Assembly (NCBI GenBank): GCA_043228905.1
Contig: JBHGNT010000017.1
Location: 11,160,001 to 11,224,000, forward strand
Source of the DNA: Azolla caroliniana
Lineage: Eukaryota > Plantae > Polypodiophyta
Direction of reading: 5' to 3'
DNA: 64,000 nucleotides
The notes under the pieces are model-generated. The model worked only from the letters and a program-made list of their open reading frames with translations, made no database searches and had not been told where the DNA came from. Below, one piece after another: positions 1-9,237 of this stretch. The stretch's first letter is position 1. Every line of letters starts with the position of its first letter. The position numbers and the translations under genes are program-made.

Positions 1-268
1 CGAATGAGTTGAAATGAATGTATGGACACTTATTCATAGATCCTTATGGAGTATTCTAGAATGTTCTAGAATATTTTAGTTTTTTATGATAAGAAATATA
101 ATCATGAAATATTAAAGGATGTTCTAGAATATTCTAATAACTAAAAATATAATTATTATAATAACACAATATATATGTTATTACAATGGTTAAGGGTTCA
201 GGTTCAACACATAGACCAAGAAGTCGTGGGTTCGATTCTTGATAAGCCAAAATGTTGTCTTCATGACA
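1..268. mobile_element. Right-hand end of an LTR (ends ...TCATGACA), abutting the H1 integrase; carries a tRNA-like A/B-box motif
   Basis: The H1 integrase frame (...RFYADHNRQPHVFN) stops abruptly at a TGTCATG-type LTR terminus on the minus strand. TCTAGAA repeats at 54-75 and 123-130. The rest of the element lies outside the window. Confidence 0.55.
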
Positions 269-3200
269 GGTTGAATACATGAGGTTGCCTATTATGATCG
301 GCGTAAAAACGCGCTCTATCTTGAGTTGTTTTTATATTATCTCATCCAATATGCAACATACTTGCATATCCCAAAGAAAGTTTTGCGTACTTCGCAACTC
401 ATCATGTGTACATTAACATCAATTGGGGCTCATGGCTGAAAACAATACATCAACATAAAAGGACTATATCTCGTCGACGTATGCTTGGAGTTGTTATAAG
501 CAAACTCCAAAATTAGGAGATAACGTTCCCATTTTTTTGGATTTGCACCAACGTATGCTCGAAGCATGTCCTCAATAATTTGAATTACTCGTTCGGTCTG
601 TCCATCGGATTGAGGATGATCCATGGAGCTCATGCTCAACGTAGTTTCTAACTTCTTAAAGACTTGCGTTCAGAAGTCACTAGTAAACTTTGGATCTCGA
701 TCACTCACGATATCCATCGGTAACACATAAAAACGAAATAACTCGTCAACGAATTGGTAAGTCAATTCCGGAGCTATTGCCGTGGTTTTAGTAGCAATAA
801 ATCTGACCATTTTAGTTAGTCTATCAACCACAGACTAGATGACATCATGGCCTTTTTGGGTGCGAGGAAGGCTAACAATAAAATCCATGGATATACTTTC
901 CCACTAATTATTGGGAATGTCCAAGGGATGTAAAAGTCTTGCCGCTTTAAGTCACTTGGCTTTGTTAACCTGACATTGGTGACATTTAGTCACATAGCTA
1001 TGTATGTCAGGACGCATCTTAGGCCAATAGAATTGAGTGGAGATGAGAACGAGTGTACGATGTATTCCAGGGTGCCCTTCTAAGGGTGCATCATGGCACT
1101 AAAAAAGAATTCTCTTTTTTACCTCAGGCAAATCTGGAACATAGATCTTCCCATTACGGTAGAGCAGATCATTAGCAATGTGGAAGGATTCCTTCGAGGA
1201 TGTGGTGGTGTCTATTCCAAACTCAACTCTTGCCCAATATTTCGCAAAATAATTGTCATCAGGATACTTTCCTCGAAGGTAATCATAAAGATCTTATGTT
1301 ATTTCAGTGAAGCTAAGCATGTTAACTTCACGGATGCGACTTAGTGTTCATTGAATCTTTACGATATCGTATGGAAAAATCAAAGTCCTGGATGAGATCA
1401 GCCCATTGTGCCTTATGACCTTTCAGGTCTGGTTGGTCACAGAAATATTTCAAGGACTCGTGATCCATAGTTACCACAAAACAATTTCCATAAAGATAAT
1501 GACACCATGTTTTGATCGCATGTATAATTGCAAATAATTCCTTTTCTTGAACCGTATACCGACATTGAGCAGAATCAAGTTTCTTACTCTCAAATGCTAT
1601 TGGTTTACCATCTTGATATAAGATAGCACCTATAGCATAATCGCTTGCATTGGTTTCAACTTCAAAATGTTTTGAAGGATCGGGTAAAAGAAGTGAAGGA
1701 GCCTTGCACACCAGATCCTTGAGTTCCTTAAAGGCAAGTTCTAGTGTAATATTCCACACAATAGGTTTTGTAGACTTATGCATTTGACCTTTTAGAATAT
1801 TAGTAAATGACGTCATCAATTGGGAGTAATTACGAAGGGATTTTTGCAAAAACCTGACAAAACCAAGGAATGATCGAACTTCTCAAATATTCCGAAGAGT
1901 GGTTCAAAGTTTGATTTTCTCAATGCTAGAAGGATCAATTTCTACTCGTTCGATTATGAGATGTCCAAGATAAGTAATTGATTTCTTGAAGAACTCGCAT
2001 TTTGAGATCTTCACGTAGAATTGCTTGTCGCGCAATGTTTGTAAAACAAAGCGGACATGTTTAGCATATTCTTCTAATGTATGACTATAAACTAGAATAT
2101 CATCCAAGAAAATAACGACAAATTTTCCAAGTTGTCCTCGGAAAATGTCATTCATTTCTTGTTGAAATGTGGCCGGAGCATTGATCAAACCAAAAGTCAT
2201 AACCAAAAACTCATAATGGCCATAGCACGTACGAAATGTCGTTTTAGGAACATCGCCCTCACTTATACAAATTTGATGGTAGCTTGTACGGAGATCAAGT
2301 TTCGTAAAATATCGAGCTCACTGGAGACTGTCAATTAGATCGTCATCTCGGGGCAATGGATATGAATTCTTGATCGTCACTTTATTCAGGCATCGATAAT
2401 TAATATACATACGTTATGTGCCCTCTTTCTTTTTTGTTATTCCTTAGGGCCAGACAATGGCCTAACACAGGGTGTCTACGGAAGACACTTCACCAAAGGG
2501 GTGCTACGTCGAGATAACTTAAGACAACAATTAAGCGAACTTAATTGGTTACTTAGCAATATGGCATTAAACTTGATACACGCGTATGATAAAACAATTA
2601 GTACAGAACGGTAATCAACATTTAAAGATAAAACAAGAAGCTCTATTAATTATCCGTCAAAGTTTTACATTGTAACCGGGCCTTTATATAGGTCACCAGT
2701 GCTTGAGTATAAAATGGTGCCAACCGGCACCTGTTCGGAACCGGTCCGGATCCGGATCGGCATACTGATTCCGGTCCGTCCGTTCACGTTGTCGTAGTGT
2801 ATTTTGTACACTACGTGAAAAACGTATATAGTATTAGATTCAATAAAAAATGAAGAAATAGAAGAAAATAGCAAAATAAATGGAACATGCATAGGGCAAG
2901 ATTCGAACCTTGCACCTCCATGTTAATAATGTAATGTCTTACCATTACACTAGCATTTCATTAGTGTTAAAGCATAGATGTCCCACATAGAAAGGTAAAT
3001 TCACGCTAGGATAAACATTAGAAAAACGCATAACAAAAGAAAAAGCTACACATACACATCTAGCGTGCATGATAAAAAACGCACAAGTTAGAAAAAAGCA
3101 TGATCACTTTAGATAAAGCATATAGTCTATCTATAGGAAAAGCATGGGGTCTATAGTTAGAGAAAAAGCATGGATTACTAAGACTTCCTCATCACTACAT

Positions 3201-3521
3201 AAGGATGGGGAGCACAATGTAATTGTGTGTGAAAAATATTTGGAAACTAGATATGTTTCTAAAAAACACCAATTAATAAACTATACTCGTGGGATTCACG
3301 AGAATTCTATATCATTCTCTTTGAACCGAAGTTTATATTCTTATATTCATATTGATTAATCTAATACAATACACTCGTGGGATTCACGAGTTTGCTATAA
3401 CTCTTTCTTACAACATATTTATATTCTTATTAGCCTTAAAACTCTCCTCTTCCTAGTCCAAAACCCCAGCGGTTCCCACCCGACTCACGCAACGATCCGG
3501 AGCCGAAAGGCACGACACAGT

Positions 3522-3539
3522 TGGTGAACCCGACGTGAA
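3522..3539 (+). promoter_or_regulatory. Primer binding site complementary to the tRNA-Trp 3' end
   Basis: TGGTGAACCCGACGTGAA is the reverse complement of ...TTCACGTCGGGTTCACCA, the plant cytosolic tRNA-Trp 3' end (recalled, not searched). It starts 4 nt after the LTR. Confidence 0.85.
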
Positions 3540-3555
3540 GACGGGTGGCAAGGAG

Positions 3556-5577
3556 ATGGAGAATCAACAAGAGGCGATGAACATGATGATGATAATGTTT
3601 GAGCGGATGCAACAAGAACAACGTGCGATGTCGGAGATGAAGGCGGCAGTAGAGCGGCTTCTGCGACGAAACGGGGAATTCAACGGTAAGGGTGTGTCAC
3701 GCTACCTACGTGAATATAAGGCGGAGATGATGCAATATCGGATACCGGAAGGATTGCAAGTGATATCCTTTAGTCGGGTGGCCTCGGACGAACTACAAGA
3801 GAGAATCCACAAGATACAACAACAAAACTCGACATGGGAGTCCTTTGAAGAAGCTTTACGGGAGGCATATGACTATGAGAGATGGACGGGACGAGATCGA
3901 CGAGAATTCGACGAATGGGTGGCGTCGGAGAAGACTCACCGAAGTGCAACGCAAGCGTTCCTAGAGTTCGAGCATCGTTTTGCTCGACTCTCGGAGCGGG
4001 AACGAAGATTGGTGGGAGAAGATAAAGTCTTAATGTTCGTAAGATCGATCGATCGGAAAGAAAGGATGGACATTGGGATCGAACTCGAAGATGATGACGG
4101 TGCGAACGGCCTTACCAAGGATTGGGCCAAAGTCGAAAGGGTATGCCGAAGACATGATGAAAGGAAGCTGAGAATCTCGTCAACAACGACATGGCCCATG
4201 AAGGATGGTCGATTGAGGAAAAACGATGAAGCCAATATGAAGGCCGAAATACAACATGATGGTACCACGGGAGAAAGAGTGGAACAAGACACCCACTCGT
4301 CTTGTGAAAGAACGATGGCGAAGGATAAGGCCGATAATTCAAGTGTAGAAGGAAATTTCGGGATACAAGTGCCCGAGACATCGGGTCAAAAAGGGGTAAG
4401 CATAATAGATGTTTGCATAATTGATGCAGATAAAGAGTGTGAAGCGGATGTGATTAAGGAGGTAGCCACAAAAGACGAAATCGAATCGGAGGTGGCTATG
4501 GACGAATCAATGGCGGATTGCCATATCGAGACTTCCCCACCACTGATTCCAGAGACTCCGGCGGTTGCGATCGAAAGGCAACGTGAGACCGAAGAGACGG
4601 AAGGTGGCGGAGAGAAAACGAATGTCGAAGCCGACGAATATGATGAAGAGATAGCCGAGAAGAATGCTAAGGGTGAAACTACGAAAGAAGGTAATACCGA
4701 GGATTCATGCCAACAATATCTAGAGACTTCGGCGGTTGTGTCCGAGAACCAACGTGAGACCGGAGAGACGGGAGATGGCGGCGAGGAAGGTAAAGTCGGA
4801 AGTCGGTTCGGATGGAAAATGATCCATCCGAAATTCCAATCTAAAAGAAAGTGCGACAATGCGGAGGTCGGGTCTACGACGGGAGAAGCGCGTAATACAG
4901 AGCACGCTCTACGGCGAATAAAGAAACGCGTGTTATGGCGAATAAAGAAGCACGCGCTACGGCGAGAAAAGAAGCATGCATTACAACCACACGAGGACCG
5001 AACAACGAGCACATATCGGAGGACCTACGTAGCGAACAACGGAAAGAAGTGCCGAAAGTCGAACCGGACAAGGCAGGTGAAAACGAAGAAAAGAAAGCAA
5101 ATCCGGACGAAAAGAAAAGAAAAGAAACCGACCCGAAAGAGCACTGAATCGGTAAAAACCGATCAACCGAGTCCGGATCGACCGAATACAAATCGGAAAG
5201 GAAGCCGAACTAAACGAAAGACGATCCGACGAGACCGAATCGGAAGTAAGCTAATCCGACTAAACCGAAAATCCGAAAAGAAGTCGAGATTGATGAAGAA
5301 AAGAAAGAGGGCAAGAAAAGATACTACCGCGGATGACAAGGACCAAGCGGGCCATGCAAAAAGCGAACGAAGACTATGGTGGATCGGATGTCGACAATGG
5401 TTCGGGTGGAAAGAATGGATGTGCTCCAAATGGAGAGACAAAGTCAACATAACAAGAGAAGTCGAGGGTACTACGAGCCGGCAACGAAACCAATTGGGTA
5501 GAGACCGGACGGAGGAGACTAACAAACACCAACAACTTCGGCACATACCGGAGGATGTGCGGGTTTGGAGGGGGTGA
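3556..5577 (+). CDS. Single ORF of element B (~673 aa from first ATG): gag-like N-terminus, acidic low-complexity middle, K/R-rich tail; no PR/RT/RH/INT
   Basis: Uninterrupted ORF from PBS to PPT. The N-terminal ~210 aa (FNGKGVSRYLREY...TWESFEEALREAY) resemble retrotransposon capsid. No pol motifs. Confidence 0.7.
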   Translation: MENQQEAMNMMMIMFERMQQEQRAMSEMKAAVERLLRRNGEFNGKGVSRYLREYKAEMMQYRIPEGLQVISFSRVASDELQERIHKIQQQNSTWESFEEALREAYDYERWTGRDRREFDEWVASEKTHRSATQAFLEFEHRFARLSERERRLVGEDKVLMFVRSIDRKERMDIGIELEDDDGANGLTKDWAKVERVCRRHDERKLRISSTTTWPMKDGRLRKNDEANMKAEIQHDGTTGERVEQDTHSSCERTMAKDKADNSSVEGNFGIQVPETSGQKGVSIIDVCIIDADKECEADVIKEVATKDEIESEVAMDESMADCHIETSPPLIPETPAVAIERQRETEETEGGGEKTNVEADEYDEEIAEKNAKGETTKEGNTEDSCQQYLETSAVVSENQRETGETGDGGEEGKVGSRFGWKMIHPKFQSKRKCDNAEVGSTTGEARNTEHALRRIKKRVLWRIKKHALRREKKHALQPHEDRTTSTYRRTYVANNGKKCRKSNRTRQVKTKKRKQIRTKRKEKKPTRKSTESVKTDQPSPDRPNTNRKGSRTKRKTIRRDRIGSKLIRLNRKSEKKSRLMKKRKRARKDTTADDKDQAGHAKSERRLWWIGCRQWFGWKEWMCSKWRDKVNITREVEGTTSRQRNQLGRDRTEETNKHQQLRHIPEDVRVWRG

Positions 5578-7780
5578 GTGTCGTAGTGTATTTTGTACAC
5601 TACGTGAAAAACGTATATAGTATTAGATTCAATAAAAAATGAAGAAATAGAAGAAAATAGCAAAATAAATGGAACATGCATAGGGCAAGATTCGAACCTT
5701 GCACCTCCATGTTAATAATGTAATGTCTTACCATTACACTAGCATTTCATTAGTGTTAAAGCATAGATGTCCCACATAGAAAGGTAAATTCACGCTAGGA
5801 TAAACATTAGAAAAATGCATAACAAAAGAAAAAGCTACACATACACATCTAGCGTGCATGATAAAAAACGCACAAGTTAGAAAAAAGCATGATCACTTTA
5901 GATAAAGCATATAGTCTATCTATAGGAAAAGCATGGGGTCTATAGTTAGAGAAAAAGCATGGATTACTAAGACTTCCTCATCACTACATAAGGATGGGGA
6001 GCACAATGTAATTGTATGTGAAAAATATTTGGAAACTAGATATGTTTCTAAAAAACACCAATTAATAAACTATACTCGTGGGATTCACGAGAATTCTATA
6101 TCATTCTCTTTGAACCGAAGTTTATATTCTTATATTCATATTGATTAATCTAATACAATACACTCGTGGGATTCACGAGTTTGCTATAACTCTTTCTTAC
6201 AACATATTTATATTCTTATTAGCCTTAAAACTCTCCTCTTCCTAGTCCAAAACCCCAGCGGTTCCCACCCGACTCACGCAACGATCCGGAGCCGAAAGGC
6301 ACGACAACGTCTCATAAACTACTTAATTATAATAGATTCCGAATAAACCACACCTTTCACATTTTGTTCTTTAACTCCTTTGTCGGCCGGGTAACACATG
6401 GCACGCCCGTGGGACAATACCTTGTACGTTGAATCCCACTATCTGGCCCTTAGCCTTCGTCCAAGATATCCAGAATACTCTGCTCTAGGGTGTCCAATGG
6501 TTCTTCGGGAATCTGTTGTTGCTGTTGTGGCTGCTGCTGTTGTGGTTGTGGTTGTTGTTGCTGCGGCTCCGGCTCCGCCGACTGTTGCTCCTTGGGTGGC
6601 GTTTATTCGGCTCCCAGTACCGGAGGTTCTGGCGGTGATTCCTCCGTCAGCTGCTCTGCCAGATTTGACTCCGGTTGACTTGCCCCGGCCTTGTCCTCGT
6701 CCAGTCCTTGCCCCGGCGATGGCTCCTCATCGCTGAGGTTGACGGTCGCCACTTGCCTTGCTTAATCTTGCCGTAGCCTAGTCCGCTCATAGCTTTCAAA
6801 CTGGATTTGAGCATCCAGTCAATCATCGTCCAGTTGTGCTACTAGCTGTCGGACCACTTCTGATTGTTCCTCCACCAGAGTTACAAAGTCTTCTGCTAAC
6901 TCATGTCTTACGGCGGTGAAGTCCTCCTTTGTAAGCATGTAGCAGTCGTCGCCATCCTTCTACCAGTTTTCCGCGTCCGCCCTTAGCAACTAGAGCTCGG
7001 TTGTGTGCTTTGCCCATTTGTCCAACCATTGTGCGGAGCTTTCGTCAATCAAGCGTTTTGACTTGTTCCTCCATGCTTGGACAATGAACTGGATCCGCTC
7101 AAGTCCCATCTTCGATTTGTCCTCCGCGACTTGCCGTTCTTCCTTCAATTGCTTGATTAGCGTCATTGTATCCGCTTCCTGCTCCCGGTAATGTGACAAT
7201 TGGTTTTGGTAGGTTTTCGGCAACCTCTGCAATACCATTGTCGCTCTTTCCTTTTCTTCATAATGCAGCTTATGGAGCTCCATACGTTCCTGCACGGCTT
7301 CCTCCAGTAGCGTTATTCTTTCAGCCCGTTCTTCAGCTAGCGCTATCTCGACTCGATGAACTTCCTGTCGGAGCTCTGCAATCTTCTCCTGCTACTTCTT
7401 ATGCTCTGTATCCAGGTGCTTATAGTCCCGATGCAGGTGCTCAAAGTCATCGGTCTTTTGCTTCAACTTCTGGTTGAGTTGCCGGCAAGCGCGGTCTTCT
7501 CGATCTTTCTGTTGACGGAGTTCTTCTTTATGTCTTTCAATCTCTGTTTCCGCCATCCATCGCAGCTTATCCTTTTCTTGCAGCACTTTCTCCTTCTCCT
7601 CCTTAAGCCGGTCATATGCCTAATGTCCTTTCCACAGATTCTCTTCTGCTTGGCGGAGGTTCTCAGCAGTCTTTCTTTGTTCTTCTTCTACTACTTTCTT
7701 CAAGTCCCTTTCTCGGGTGCATAATGCTTCTTGTGCGGCCAGTTCATCTTTCAATTCGGCAGCTCTTTTGCTTACGCCGC

Positions 7781-9237
7781 TGTCGTGATATGGCATGCTC
7801 GAGAGTGGGAAAAACCGGCGAAAGGGGGGGGTCAAAAATGTGCATGTGCAATGTGTGTGCACACAAAACCGATTAATTGTGCATATGCAAAATAAAAAGG
7901 AAAAGAAAGGGTGAAAAGGAGGTATAGAAGCTCGTGCAAAAAGTAAGAGAGAGGAGAGATAAAAGGTTGAGGGGAGACAGGGTATTAATTTATAGAGATA
8001 GAATTATATATTATATAAGAGAGAGTTAGTGAGTTAGTGGATAGTCACATTGACTACTAGCTAGAGGTGCACAGTTCGAATTTGGACTTAAAGTGTAGCG
8101 TGATTTAAGGAATTTTATTCCTTTTTAATTTAAGACAAATTTGGCAACCCCCCCTTCTTTTCTTCCTATAAAAGGAGGTCGAGGGGGGCTCATTCGGGAG
8201 GATGTTTTGGGAGGAGGAGACTATCGCCAATTTTCCTTCGAAGCTCTTCATCTCCTTATTCACCACTTCTCTTCATCTCATACCCCTTCATCCCCCCATC
8301 GCCACGTGCTCATCTTCTTCGCGTCGGCACTCGAAGTGCTCGTGAGCCCAAACTTCGTTGGTTCGACGTTGCTCTGCCCCGTTTGTCGTTGTGAGCCCGT
8401 GTGCTCGCCGTTCGGGTGGTCATGGTTCGTTGGGATTGGCATTTTGGTGGTGCTCGTGTGTTCATCTTTGCCGTGTTCGGATTTGCTTTTGTCTCTAAGG
8501 GCATTTAATATTTATGTTTTGATTGAGCTTGTGGTTAACTATAAGTTGCCATTGTAAACAAAACCCTATTTTATAAAGGGTCCTCTTGCGTTGGAATCGA
8601 ACACGTATTTATCTCTTTGGTCGATATCATTTGTGTTTCTTTCTCTCCTTCTTTCTTTATTCGTGTCTTCCTTGTACGTTCGGCCATCTTGTGACGAGGG
8701 GACCATTCGGGCTTGCCCATGCACCTCTCCTCCTCATAAAGGCGTACGAGCATTTTGTGCGTGTGTTTGTGTCTTTCTTGTACGTTCGGCCGTCTTGTGA
8801 CGAGGGGACCGTTCGGGCTTGCCCATGCACCTCTCCTCCTCATAAAGGCGTATGAGCATTTGTGTGTGTGTTTGTGTCTTCCTTGTACGTTCGGCGGTCT
8901 TGTGACGAGGGGACCATTTGGGCATGCCCATGCACCTCTCCTCCTCATAAAGACGTATGGGCATTCGTGTTTGTGTTATCGTCCCCTTGTGCATTCATGT
9001 TGCGTGCTCATCGTGCTTGTACCCATTTGGTCACTTGGCTCGTGCGGTGATCTCGGAAGGTCGACAAGTCGTGATCAACGAGAGCCACCGGCCTCACAAA
9101 ACAAAGGGCAACGAGACCTTGCTCGGGAAGGGGTCAGGAAGTAGTATTGTCGTAAAGCAAACCTCGGGTCTTCTCTATCCCTTGAGTACTCCCTAGTCCA
9201 AGACCCCCGTGGTCCCGCCCAAGTAACACACACGTGA
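7781..9237 (+). mobile_element. Insertion C: solo-LTR-like sequence related to B, lacking the terminal CA
   Basis: Absent from the homologous site in D. Starts TGTCGTGA. TATA-like CCTATAAAAGG near 8165. Its 3' motif CCTAGTCCAAGACCCCCGTGGTCCCGCCC matches the B LTR motif CCTAGTCCAAAACCCCAGCGGTTCCCACCC. Confidence 0.75.
8663..8975. repeat. Three tandem copies of a ~105-bp unit inside C
   Basis: GTACGTTCGG...TTGTGACGAGGGGACC...GCCCATGCACCTCTCCTCCTCATAAAG recurs at 8674, 8780 and 8885. Confidence 0.95.

Larger units (their letters stand above)
2790..6306 (+). mobile_element. Element B: young non-autonomous gag-only LTR retrotransposon (TR-GAG-like) inserted in the 3' LTR of A
   Basis: Two 728-bp LTRs TGTCGTAG...CACGACA (2790-3517, 5579-6306) with only 2 mismatches seen by eye. 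4-bp TSD ACGT, confirmed by the empty site in A's other LTR (GTTCACGTCTCAT). PBS 3522-3539. PPT GGAGGGGGTGAG 5567-5578. Confidence 0.95.

Noticed and set aside
2893-2954. Functional tRNA genes at the tRNA-like motifs
   Set aside because: No acceptor stem or anticodon arm can be folded; only the A/B boxes and a T-arm remain.
2790-3517. Retrozyme (hammerhead ribozyme in the LTR)
   Set aside because: No CTGANGA core with flanking stems found by eye, and the element encodes an ORF.
6375-6396. Shared 3'-LTR versus 5'-LTR difference in A and D (TGTCGG versus TGCC..)
   Set aside because: It rests on one C/T site in a methylatable context, so independent deamination explains it.
6398-6736. Hydrophobic poly-V/A and poly-C ORFs (also 27333-27698)
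   Set aside because: They are antisense shadows of the polyQ tract.
8663-8975. CRISPR-like array
   Set aside because: Whole units repeat with no unique spacers, and the context is eukaryotic.
7781-9237. Helitron, or an element with a GCCGC/GCCAC 5-bp TSD
   Set aside because: No CTRR end or A|T target. Alignment with D gives the empty site GCCGCCACTG, so the apparent TSD is mostly host sequence.
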